DNA of 64,000 nt from an uncultured Verrucomicrobiae bacterium (GTDB lineage: Bacteria > Verrucomicrobiota > Verrucomicrobiia > Chthoniobacterales > Chthoniobacteraceae). The notes beneath the pieces were generated by a model that had not been told where the DNA came from, did no database searches, and saw only the letters and a program-made list of their open reading frames with translations. Position 1 is the stretch's first letter; the number at the start of each line of letters is the position of its first letter. A program made the translations under genes and the position numbers. This document shows positions 12,260 to 21,376 of the stretch, in pieces. Location: assembly GCA_963769025.1 (NCBI GenBank), contig CAVYKI010000009.1, positions 1,056,001 through 1,120,000 of the forward strand. The letters run 5' to 3'.

Positions 12260-12792
12260 GCTCAGCAGCTTCCGCCGCCTTGTCGAGCGTGATGTTTTCC
12301 TTGAAATGGTCATCCACCATCGCGACCGGCGCGCTGCCGCAGCTCGCGAGGCACTCGACGAACTCCATCGAAAATTTTCCATCCGGCGACACGGCGATCG
12401 GGTTGCCGTGACCAGGATTGTGCGGGTGCCCGTGGACGACCGCCATTTTCTGCTCCGCGAGAAATGCCGGCAAATCGATCCCCGCGGCCTTCGCGACGCG
12501 CTCGCGCAATTCGTACGCACCGGCCATCGCGCACGAGAGCGTGCGGCAGACGCGGATGTGCGTCTCGCCCGCCGGCTGCGCGGCGGAACATCGGGTAGAA
12601 CGTGACCAGTTCGAGAATGTTGATCGGCTGGAGTTCCAGCTTCGCCGCGATCCACGCGATCGCTTCGTCGGAGATGAATCCGAAATGCTCCTGCCAGAGA
12701 TGCAGCAGCGGCAGCGACGCCGAGCGCTTCGACGCCGGGTAATGCGTGATCGCCTCGTCGATTTTCGCGAGCAGTTCGGTGGGAGGCGTCAT
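12256..12792 (-). CDS. nuoE: NADH-quinone oxidoreductase subunit E (frameshifted; 3' boundary uncertain)
   Basis: LPLLHLWQEHFGFIS, VTFYPMF, IRVCRTLSC, VECLASCGSAPV 2Fe-2S ligands. Confidence 0.9.
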
Positions 12793-12796
12793 CGTA

Positions 12797-13216
12797 TCAG
12801 GGACGGATTGCGGTCGTCTCCATCGACCCGGGCGCCACTACGACAGGCGCTTCACTGCCAGCCGGTAGAGCCTCGCCAAATTGCGGGATCTTGCGCTGCA
12901 AATTCCCATCCACAAAAAGCAGCTCGATGGTCTTTCCGTCCTGCACGTAATACCAGCGCGTCAGCTCCAAGTTCTTCTGGACGAGGATGGGGCGCTTCTC
13001 GGTCTCCATCCGCGCGGGCTGGCCGAGGATGCTTTCCACTTCCTTCAAGGTGAGCCCTTCCTTGACCAGCGGTGAACGCGTGGACCGGGTTGCGGCAAGT
13101 TCCTGCTGCCGGTTGGCGACCTCGATATTCGCGGACGAAAGCCTGCGCTCGCAGCCCGTGAAAACGAGCATCGAAACCGTGGTGATAAAGGCGAATCTGA
13201 CAGCCAAGCGATGCAC
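12797..13216 (-). CDS. Lipoprotein with SmpA/OmlA(BamE)-like domain, first gene of the nuo transcription unit
   Basis: Lipobox VFTGC; GLTLKEVESILGQP...WYY...LLFVDG pattern; 4 bp from nuoE. Confidence 0.65.
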   Translation of the reverse strand: MHRLAVRFAFITTVSMLVFTGCERRLSSANIEVANRQQELAATRSTRSPLVKEGLTLKEVESILGQPARMETEKRPILVQKNLELTRWYYVQDGKTIELLFVDGNLQRKIPQFGEALPAGSEAPVVVAPGSMETTAIRP

Positions 13217-13260
13217 TGCTAGCGACTAAAACGGGGGCGCGGAATTGGAGCAAGGTCAAT

Positions 13261-13278
13261 TTGTGAAATATTTCACAA
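13261..13278. promoter_or_regulatory. Rex (NADH/NAD+ redox repressor) operator
   Basis: TTGTGAAATATTTCACAA, a perfect match to TTGTGAA-N4-TTCACAA, upstream of the nuo operon. Confidence 0.8.
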
Positions 13279-13360
13279 TCTCGCGCCGTCGCGCGGGTTT
13301 TCTACTTCCCTCCGTCGGCAGTCCGCCGCAGAAACCTTCCCCTCCCCGGTTCCTTTCCCC

Positions 13361-15415
13361 ATGAAATATCTCGCCTGTCTCCTCGCCCTCAGCGTCTCCG
13401 CATTCGCGCAAAGGAATCCCACGCCGGCAGACCCGGACGCGAATGCGCCCGCAGCATCTCCCGCGCAGAACCGCGCGCAGAAACAGTTCCCGCCGGCGGG
13501 CGTCGCCATCCCCGTGAAGGATCGCGCGGAACTCACGGCGGGCGCGGCGGAGTTGGGCAAAGAGATCGCCGCTCTGAAGCTCGCGAAGCTCAGCGGCAGC
13601 TTTAGCGCGCTGATTCCCGACGTGGAAGTCTTCCACAAGGCCGTGGACTGGGCGCTGCGCTACGACGAATTCTACAACGTGAAGGAAGTCGCCACCGCGC
13701 GCACACTGCTCGCCGAGGGCAAGGCGCGCGCCGCCGCATTGCGCGAAGGCAAGGCTCCGTGGACCACGCAGACCGGGCCGGTCGTGCGCGGCTACCGCTC
13801 GAAGATTGACGGCAGCGTGCAACCCTTCGGCGTCGTCGTGCCGACGACCTGGAAAGGCCCTGCCGACAAGACGCCGCGCCCGACGTGGATCTGGAATCAC
13901 GGCCGCGGCGACACGCTCAGCGAATTCGCCTTCATCGCCGGACGCATGAAATCACCCGGTGAATTCGCGACGGACGCGAACATCGTCATCCACCCCTACG
14001 GCCGCTACTGCAACGCCACGAAATTCGCCGGCGAGGTGGACGTCTTCGAGGCGCTCGACGCCGCGGCGCGCGCGTATCCCGTGGACCGCAGCCGCCTCGT
14101 GAACGCCGGCTTCTCGATGGGCGGCGCGAGCGCGTGGCACCTCGGCGTGCATCACAGCGGGCTGTGGGCCGTCACGCACACCGGCGCGGGCTTTGCCGAG
14201 ACGGCGGAATACGCGGGCGTCTTCGCCGCCGGCAAGACCCCGCCGCCGTGGTGGGAAGTCATCCTCTACCGCTGGTATGACGCCACCGTCGCCGTCGCCA
14301 ATTTCGCCAACCACCCCGTACTCGCCTACTACGGCAGCGACGACAAACAGAAACAGGCCACGGTGATCATGAAGCGCTTCGCGGAAAAAGAGGGCGTGAA
14401 AATCGAGGAGTTCATCGGCCCCGGCGTCGGCCACAAGTACGAGCCGGAGACGCAGAAGAAGATCGCCGACAAGGTAGCCGCGCTTCTCGCCGCACGCCCG
14501 GCGAACGACGACGAAGTCCACGTCGCCACCTGCACGCTGCACTACCCAAAGGTGAAGTGGGTGCGCATCGACGGCATGGAACGCCAGTGGGAACGCGCGG
14601 AAGTTCACGCGAAGAGCGACGCAGACAAAATCATCGCGACGACGAAGAACGTGACGGCGCTTGTTTTCTCGACACCATTCCGCGACGGCCCGCCTGCCAG
14701 CGAGCGCATCAGGCAAGTCGTCCTCGACGGCCAGACTCTCACCCCGGCATGGAACAAGGCGGGTGCGCAATTTGTGAAGACCGGTGGGCGCTGGGCAGGC
14801 GGCATCCAGCAAAGCGGACTGCGCAAGCAGCCCGGAGTTTCCGGCCCGATAGATGACGCCTTCACTTCCCCGTTCATCTTTGTGAAGCCCACCGGCGCTC
14901 CGCTGAATTCCTCCGCCGGAGAGTGGACTCAGCGCGAACTTGCGCACGCCACCAAACAGTGGCGTGCCATCTACCGCGGCGATGCACCGGCGAAGAACGA
15001 CACCGAAATCTCCGCAGCGGACCTTCAGGAGAACAACCTCATCCTCTGGGGCGATCCCTCCTCGAACGCCGTGTTGGAAAAAATCGCCCAACTGCCTGGC
15101 AGTTCCACACAGCTGCCGGTGAAGTGGACGAGGGACGGGCTCGAATTCGGCGGGAAGAAATACGACGCGGCCACGCACATGCCGATCCTCATTTTCCCGA
15201 ATCCGCTGAACCCGCGCCGCTACGTCGTGCTCAACAGCGGCTTCACCTTCAGCCGCGCCTGCGCGAGCGGGACGAACTCCCTGCAGACGCCGAAGCTGCC
15301 CGACTGGGCCATCGTGGACACGACCGTGCCGCCGGATGACAAGTTCCCCGGCAAGATCGTGGACGCGGGATTCTTCGACGAGCAGTGGCGCTTCACCGCC
15401 GAGCGGCCGAAGTAG
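13361..15415 (+). CDS. Secreted alpha/beta-hydrolase (prolyl oligopeptidase-like serine hydrolase)
   Basis: Signal peptide; HGRG, GFSMGG nucleophile elbow, GxxH; C-terminal QTPKLPDWA..GFFDEQW. Confidence 0.8.
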   Translation: MKYLACLLALSVSAFAQRNPTPADPDANAPAASPAQNRAQKQFPPAGVAIPVKDRAELTAGAAELGKEIAALKLAKLSGSFSALIPDVEVFHKAVDWALRYDEFYNVKEVATARTLLAEGKARAAALREGKAPWTTQTGPVVRGYRSKIDGSVQPFGVVVPTTWKGPADKTPRPTWIWNHGRGDTLSEFAFIAGRMKSPGEFATDANIVIHPYGRYCNATKFAGEVDVFEALDAAARAYPVDRSRLVNAGFSMGGASAWHLGVHHSGLWAVTHTGAGFAETAEYAGVFAAGKTPPPWWEVILYRWYDATVAVANFANHPVLAYYGSDDKQKQATVIMKRFAEKEGVKIEEFIGPGVGHKYEPETQKKIADKVAALLAARPANDDEVHVATCTLHYPKVKWVRIDGMERQWERAEVHAKSDADKIIATTKNVTALVFSTPFRDGPPASERIRQVVLDGQTLTPAWNKAGAQFVKTGGRWAGGIQQSGLRKQPGVSGPIDDAFTSPFIFVKPTGAPLNSSAGEWTQRELAHATKQWRAIYRGDAPAKNDTEISAADLQENNLILWGDPSSNAVLEKIAQLPGSSTQLPVKWTRDGLEFGGKKYDAATHMPILIFPNPLNPRRYVVLNSGFTFSRACASGTNSLQTPKLPDWAIVDTTVPPDDKFPGKIVDAGFFDEQWRFTAERPK

Positions 15416-15423
15416 CCGCGCCC

Positions 15424-15492
15424 GTAGCGTAGCTCTCCAGAGCTGCGGGCGTTGGCGAACGAAGAAGCCGCAGCTCTGGAGAGCTACGCTAC
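15424..15492. repeat. GTAG-family REP doublet (REPIN-like)
   Basis: Perfect 25-bp inverted repeat GTAGCGTAGCTCTCCAGAGCTGCGG; each arm is GTAG plus an internal hairpin. Confidence 0.8.
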
Positions 15493-15543
15493 AAACCGAA
15501 TCGCGCGCTTGCAGCGCACAAACCAAATCAACAACCTCACCTC

Positions 15544-16557
15544 ATGAAACTCGCCTCCGCCGCCCTCCTCCTCGCGCTCGCCACCCCCGCATTTGCGCAC
15601 GACGCGAACGTGGAAATGGCGAAGGCCGCGAATGCATTCCTCGCAGCGCTCACGCCGGAGCAAAAGGCGAAGGCCGCGTTTCCATTCGAGAGTGACGCGA
15701 AGGGCGAGCGCGTCAACTGGCACTTCATCCCGCGCGAGCGAAAGGGGCTGCCGATCAAGGACATGACGGAGCCGCAGGTCGCACTCGCGCGCGCGCTTTT
15801 GAAGACCGGCCTGAGCGACGACGGCTACAAGAAGGCGGAGACGATCCAGAGCCTCGAATCCATCCTGCGCGTGATGGAGAAGGACACGACCGGCAAGCGC
15901 GATCCGCTGAAGTATTACGTGAGCGTCTTCGGCACGCCGGGGAGCAAGGTGTGGGGTTGGCGCTGGGAGGGTCATCACCAGTCGTTCAACTATACGACCG
16001 TCGGCAATGCCGCGCCTTCGATGACGCCGTCGTTCTTCGGCACGAATCCCGGCGAGGTGCGCGAAGGTGACCGCAGGGGACTGCGCGTGCTGGGCCTCGA
16101 GGAGGATCTCGGGCGCGGGCTCGTGAAATCGCTCAACGATGAGCAGCTGAAAATCGCGGTGATGCCCGGCGATGCGCCGAAGGAAATCTTCAACGACCCG
16201 AAGCGGCCCGACCCGACGAAACCCGAGGGGATCCCCGCATCGAAGCTGAGCGCCGACCAGCAGGCGGCGCTGGTGAAAATCATCAAGCTCTACCTTTTCC
16301 GCTGCCGCCCGGATGTCGCCGCGGAGGAATACGCGAAAATCGAGAAGGCCGGGCTCGGCAATGTGCATTTCGCGTGGGCGGGCGGCTTTGAACTCGGCGA
16401 ACCGCACTACTATCGCATCCAGAACACGGCGTTCGTCCTCGAATACGACAACACGCAGAACAACGCGAACCACGTCCACTGCATCTGGCGCGACTTTGCG
16501 AATGACTTCGGCACCGACCTCCTCAAGCAGCACGTGAGCGAGGGGCACGGGAAGTAG
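15544..16557 (+). CDS. DUF3500 family exported protein
   Basis: Signal peptide; WHFIPRERKGL, WGWRWEGHH, EYDNTQNNANHVHCIWRD..NDFG. Confidence 0.85.
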   Translation: MKLASAALLLALATPAFAHDANVEMAKAANAFLAALTPEQKAKAAFPFESDAKGERVNWHFIPRERKGLPIKDMTEPQVALARALLKTGLSDDGYKKAETIQSLESILRVMEKDTTGKRDPLKYYVSVFGTPGSKVWGWRWEGHHQSFNYTTVGNAAPSMTPSFFGTNPGEVREGDRRGLRVLGLEEDLGRGLVKSLNDEQLKIAVMPGDAPKEIFNDPKRPDPTKPEGIPASKLSADQQAALVKIIKLYLFRCRPDVAAEEYAKIEKAGLGNVHFAWAGGFELGEPHYYRIQNTAFVLEYDNTQNNANHVHCIWRDFANDFGTDLLKQHVSEGHGK

Positions 16558-16594
16558 CCCCCTTTCCCCACCCCTCCGCCGCGGCCCTGCGCCG

Positions 16595-17101
16595 TTACTC
16601 GGAAATGGTGACGGTGTCCGCCTTGCCCGTCGCCTGGCTGTTCGACGCGCTGGTGAAAATCCTGGTCAGCGAATCCTTGCTGCCGACGCGGTATTCGATC
16701 GTCCGCGAGTGGGTCGTGACAGGGTAGCTTTTCACGACCTTCTTCCACGAATCGCTGCCGCTGCGCTCGGCGGCGTCGGTGAGAATGTTTTGCACCTTGC
16801 CGAGTGTCGCCGCGCCAAGTCCGCCCGGTCCGGCCGTCACCGCGGGCTCGATGAAATAGAAACGCACGGCGAACTGGCCGCTCGTGTCCACGTTCACTTC
16901 AGTGACCCGCGCCGCGCCATCCACGACATACTCGTGCGTGCTCACGCTGAGGATCGCCGAGACGAGGACTTGGTACGTTCCGCCCGGAAGCGTGCATTTC
17001 CACAGCGGGCGGGTGGCGGTGACCGTGGTCGCCGGCGTGGTAGTGGCGGTCTGAGCCACCGCAGAACCGGCAAGGGCAAGAAGGAAGAGGAGGATGCGCA
17101 T
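16595..17101 (-). CDS. Hypothetical secreted protein
   Basis: Signal peptide MRILLFLLALAGSAVA; 168 aa; protein-like composition. Confidence 0.75.
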   Translation of the reverse strand: MRILLFLLALAGSAVAQTATTTPATTVTATRPLWKCTLPGGTYQVLVSAILSVSTHEYVVDGAARVTEVNVDTSGQFAVRFYFIEPAVTAGPGGLGAATLGKVQNILTDAAERSGSDSWKKVVKSYPVTTHSRTIEYRVGSKDSLTRIFTSASNSQATGKADTVTISE

Positions 17102-17158
17102 GGAAGGAGGATTTCAAAGCCATGGAAGCCGCGCGACGCGGTGCGTGCAATCACTTCA

Positions 17159-17629
17159 TCACGGCAGTTCCAGTTCGGGCTGCGTGACTGATTTCAGTTC
17201 CCAATCCCATGGCTTCCAACTGCGCTGCCGCCACTCGGTCACGAAAGGCTCGCGCAAGGCGTTCACCGCGTCCCGCGCCGCCATCGCCAACGGACCTCCG
17301 AGGCCTTTCAGTCGCATCTTTTCAGCGAGCCGCCAATTGCCCGATTCCTCCCCCAGCCCCTTCGGTTCGCGCTCCACGGTCAGCATCGCAAACTGACCGA
17401 AGACCTCGCGGCTGCGGTCCAAAACCGTCGCCTTGTCATGCTGCCACCGGTCGCGGTAATCGGCGGCCAGCATCCCGGCCATCGCGGCAAAATCGCGTTT
17501 CTCGATGCTCGACAGAAGCCTTGCCTGCGCACGGGGAATCTGCCGTTCTGGCCGAAGCCACCAACGCAGCCACAACGCCGCGAAGAGGACCACGCATCCG
17601 AGCAGCAACGCTTTATTTTTTCCGTTCAT
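17159..17629 (-). CDS. Hypothetical membrane-anchored protein (possibly NTF2-like fold)
   Basis: MNGKNK plus hydrophobic TM; IEKRDFAAMAGMLAADYRD. Confidence 0.65.
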   Translation of the reverse strand: MNGKNKALLLGCVVLFAALWLRWWLRPERQIPRAQARLLSSIEKRDFAAMAGMLAADYRDRWQHDKATVLDRSREVFGQFAMLTVEREPKGLGEESGNWRLAEKMRLKGLGGPLAMAARDAVNALREPFVTEWRQRSWKPWDWELKSVTQPELELP

Positions 17630-18086
17630 GAGCAAGTCCGAGCCGAGTTATCAGCGAAACGTCGCAGGCATCCTGCGCAACCGCGACGGAAAAATCCTGA
17701 TCTGCGAACGCTCGAATGTGCCGGGCGCATGGCAGTTTCCGCAGGGCGGAGTGGATGACGGCGAGACCGTCGAGCAGGCCCTGACGAGGGAACTGTGGGA
17801 GGAAATTTCGCTCGACCCTGACGACTTCAGGATCGTCGAGAAACGCAGCGGCTACCGCTACGTTTTCACCGGCGGGAAAAAGCGCGGCCACGACGGAAAG
17901 GATCAGACCTATTTCCTGTGCGACTTCCTCGCGGGCGACTCGAAGATCGACGTCAAAACCAAGCACCCGGAGTTTCGCGCATGGAAGTGGATTGCGCCCT
18001 CGGAATTCCGCCGGGAATGGCTTCCGGCCATGAAGGCGGATGTTTACGCAGCGGTTTTCGAGGATTTTTTTGGCACCCGGATCTAA
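17628..18086 (+). CDS. rppH: NUDIX hydrolase, RppH-like RNA pyrophosphohydrolase
   Basis: YQRNVAG, AWQFPQGGVDDGE..ALTRELWEE Nudix box, HPEFRAWKW. Confidence 0.8.
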   Translation: MSKSEPSYQRNVAGILRNRDGKILICERSNVPGAWQFPQGGVDDGETVEQALTRELWEEISLDPDDFRIVEKRSGYRYVFTGGKKRGHDGKDQTYFLCDFLAGDSKIDVKTKHPEFRAWKWIAPSEFRREWLPAMKADVYAAVFEDFFGTRI

Positions 18087-18269
18087 GGCCAATCCCGGCC
18101 CCTGCTGCGACTTGCCCGCGACCGGCATCGCCCGGAATCCAAATTTCTTTAGTAACTGAGTCCGGAACCTGCTTGGGTTCAGCCTGTCCGGCAAGCTCCT
18201 CGCCCAGTTCCTTTGCTCGATGCAGAGGAGCGGGGTGGACGCAAACCGGGTGCCTTTACCAAAAACACA

Positions 18270-18966
18270 ATGTCCGCAGAACCCGATAACCAGTGGCTCC
18301 ATACGGCTGCAAATGACCTGAACAACCTGCTTCAGGTCATCAGCGAGTCGTCAAAGGCGCTCGAACCGATATGCGAGTCCAGCCCTGATGGAATGCGTTA
18401 CTTTGCATTCCTGCGGACGAGCGTGGACCGGGCCAAGCAGGTCACCGCACAACTAGCCTCCCGCCTCGGCGGTCAGGCCGCTCCGGCGGCGACTCTCGAA
18501 GACCGACGCAATCGCGCAGCCAAAGCGCTCTTCGGTCGCCATCGACAATCCGTCCGGGACGAAGGAGTTGATCCTCATCATCGACGACGAGGCGCTCATC
18601 GTGACCCTCGCCAAGCGCATGCTCACCAGCGCGGGATACCGCGTCGTGACTTCCGCCGAACCTTTCCAGGCGCTCGAAATATTCAAGCAACTCAAGGACG
18701 AGGTGGATCTCGTGATCCTCGACTTCACGCTCCCGATCATGGACGGCTCGGAGGTCTTCGACGCGCTCCGCAAGATCACGCCGAGTGTGGCGGTGATGCT
18801 CAGCAGCGGCTTCGCCGAGCAGGAGAAAGTCCGCGCGATGCTAAGCCAAGGACTGCGAGGATTTCTCCCGAAGCCGTACACCCAGGAAAAACTCCTGGCG
18901 CAGGTGCGCTCGACGCTGGACGCCATCCGCAGCGCGAAAGCCGGCGCCACCCGCGCGGCTTTGTAG
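18270..18966 (+). CDS. Response regulator with N-terminal degenerate HisKA-like helix (one frameshift near 18500)
   Basis: AANDLNNLL followed by REC domain ILIIDDE..VILDFTLP..SSG..FLPKPY. Confidence 0.75.
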
Positions 18967-18996
18967 CACTCGGCAGACCTCAAACCCGCCCGCTCT

Positions 18997-21213
18997 CTAC
19001 TTCGAGGCGGCCGTGTTTTTTTCCGTCGAGGCCGTGGCCGGGGGATTGCGGCTCAATTCGATGAGATCCTTCAGGATGTTGATGCTCTCGCTGCGAATCG
19101 GGTCGATCTTTGCCGCAGAGTCTTCTGCCGCCAGCTCGCCATCATCGTCTGCAGCCTCGTCGGGCTTGGCCTCATCGCCCTTCTTTACAGCAGTCTCCTT
19201 CGCGGTCTTCTTCTCCTTCTTGAGCTGAAGCTCCGGCTCGGCAGCATTGTCCAAAGTGACGCTGTAAACCTTGTCCTCCGGGACCTTCAGCTTCGCCCGC
19301 TCTGCGGTTCGCTTTTCCTTTCGGGCCTTGTCTTCGTCGAGTTCCGCGCGCCGGACCTTCTCGTTCAGCGACACCTTGTTCTCGGCGATCCTCGTCCTCG
19401 TGCGCGCCATGTCTTCGAGAATCCACTGGAATTCTGCATCCTTGGCCATCCGCGCGGCTGAGCGCTGCTTCAGCTCCGGCTTGTAGAGCGGCAGCTCCCA
19501 CTTGTCATACGCCACCGGCTCGATCGTGTCGTAAGGCATCGGGTTTTTCAGCGCGACTTCGCCGATGTCAGCCTGATCCCAGAGCGACGGCAGCTTGACG
19601 TCGGACGTGACGCCCTGCAGCTGCGTGGAGCCGCCGGAAATGCGGTAGAACTTCTGGATGGTCAGCTTCAGCGCTCCGGCTTCGTTTCCGGTGGCCTTCC
19701 CGCTCAGCGAAAGCGGGATGATGTTCCCCAGTTCCACCATCGTCTGCACGGTGCCTTTGCCGAAAGTGGTCGAATCGCCGACGACCACGGCACGATTGTA
19801 GTCCTGCAATGCTGCGGCAAAAATCTCGCTCGCGGACGCGCTGAGCTTGTTGGTCACCACCAGCATCGGGCCTTCGTAGGTGACGCCCCGGTCGCGGTCG
19901 CGAAGCACCGAATTGCGGTTGTTGCTGTCGCGCGCCATCACCACGGGGCCGCTCTTGATGAAGAGCCCGGTCAGATTCACCGCTTCCTCCAGCGATCCGC
20001 CGCCATCGCGCCGCAGGTCCATCACCAGACCTTGGATGTTCTCTTTCTTCAGCCGATCGAGCAGCACGAGGATGTCCTTGGTCGTGCTCTTGGTCCCGGT
20101 CCGCTGCATGTCCGCATAAAATGACGGCAGGATGATCCATCCGATACGCACCGTCTTCCCGTCGGGACCCGTGCGGTCCACGATCTCGGCCTTTGCCTCC
20201 TGCTCCTTCAGCTTCACTTTCTGCCGCGTGATTTCCACCACCTTGCGCGCCGACGGGTCGGTCGCATTCACGGGAATCACACGCAGCCGGACGACCGTGC
20301 CTTCCTTGCCGCGAATCATCTCCACGACCTTGTCCAGCTTCATGTCCACGGCCTCGATGAAGTCCGCGTCGCCCTGCGCGACTGCGCTGATGCGGTCGCC
20401 CACCTTCAGCCGTCCGCTCTGCTCGGCCGGGCCGCCGGGGACGAGTTCGCGGATCTTTGCGTAGCCTTCCTCACTCGTCAGCACCGCGCCCACGCCCACG
20501 AGCTGCAGGCTCATGTTGATGTTGAAATTGTCCATCTGCGAGCGGCTCATGTACTCGGAATGCGGGTCGTAGGTCTCGCAGAGCACGCTCAGGAAACCCG
20601 CCATCACGTCCTCGTTCGTCTGCTCGTGCAGGCTCCGCAGCAACTGGTCGTAGCGCCGCGACACGACCTTCACGGGCGTCTCCAACTTGTCGTTCATCAG
20701 CGTGCGGTCGAGCAGTTCACCCTCAAGGCGGTCCTTCCATATCTGATCGGCCTCCGCGGCGTCCTTCGGCCAGGGCGATTTTTGCCGGTTCAGTTCGACG
20801 GTGCGCGTGCCCGTGAAATCAAATTTCTCTCCGAGCAACTTCTTCACCGAAACGACGCGATCCTCGACGCGCTTGCGGTACACATCGAACATCTTCACCG
20901 CGGGATCGAGGTCGCCGGCCATGATGCTGTCGTCCAGCGTCGTTGCGTATTTCGCGGAAAAACCGTCCACGTCCTTCTGCGTGAAAAACAGGTGATTGTA
21001 GTCCAGCCGTTCGAGGTAATTCTTGAGGAGCTGCCGCGACACCGAATCATCCAGCCGCCGCCGGCTGTAGTGGGCCTTTTCCAGCAGCTCGCCGACGGTC
21101 TGCGCGACCTTTGGTGCGATTTTTTTGAAGTCCGCCTCGTTCGCGCTCCGCGCCAGCGGAGTCAGAACGATGGATGCAACCACAGGCGCGACGAAACAGC
21201 GAAGGATGTTCAT
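18997..21213 (-). CDS. prc: Carboxy-terminal processing (tail-specific) protease, S41
   Basis: DPHSEY, PDZ domain, DLRRDGGGSL, SASASEIFAAALQDY, TFGKGTVQ, KFYRISGGSTQ. Confidence 0.95.
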   Translation of the reverse strand: MNILRCFVAPVVASIVLTPLARSANEADFKKIAPKVAQTVGELLEKAHYSRRRLDDSVSRQLLKNYLERLDYNHLFFTQKDVDGFSAKYATTLDDSIMAGDLDPAVKMFDVYRKRVEDRVVSVKKLLGEKFDFTGTRTVELNRQKSPWPKDAAEADQIWKDRLEGELLDRTLMNDKLETPVKVVSRRYDQLLRSLHEQTNEDVMAGFLSVLCETYDPHSEYMSRSQMDNFNINMSLQLVGVGAVLTSEEGYAKIRELVPGGPAEQSGRLKVGDRISAVAQGDADFIEAVDMKLDKVVEMIRGKEGTVVRLRVIPVNATDPSARKVVEITRQKVKLKEQEAKAEIVDRTGPDGKTVRIGWIILPSFYADMQRTGTKSTTKDILVLLDRLKKENIQGLVMDLRRDGGGSLEEAVNLTGLFIKSGPVVMARDSNNRNSVLRDRDRGVTYEGPMLVVTNKLSASASEIFAAALQDYNRAVVVGDSTTFGKGTVQTMVELGNIIPLSLSGKATGNEAGALKLTIQKFYRISGGSTQLQGVTSDVKLPSLWDQADIGEVALKNPMPYDTIEPVAYDKWELPLYKPELKQRSAARMAKDAEFQWILEDMARTRTRIAENKVSLNEKVRRAELDEDKARKEKRTAERAKLKVPEDKVYSVTLDNAAEPELQLKKEKKTAKETAVKKGDEAKPDEAADDDGELAAEDSAAKIDPIRSESINILKDLIELSRNPPATASTEKNTAASK

Positions 21214-21376
21214 GGGATTATCGTGAAACGGCCCAGCAACGTGGCAGAGTTCCCCCGAATCGCAAGGCATTCGCGACCAAATTTCAGGCGCGATACTCCC
21301 AACGGCCCGAGGACGATACTCACGCGCCAGCCAGCGCTGGACATGCCGCCCGCGGATCGCGACTGTCCCCTCTCCC

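Noticed and set aside
1495..12792. Programmed frameshifting or RNA editing in nuo genes
   Set aside because: Indels are numerous, irregular and lack slippery-site context; sequencing error is far more parsimonious
18185..18260. c-di-GMP-I riboswitch-like words (GGCAAG...GGACGCAAA) upstream of the response regulator
   Set aside because: No GNRA/receptor architecture or proper P1/P3 pairing visible; needs an Rfam scan
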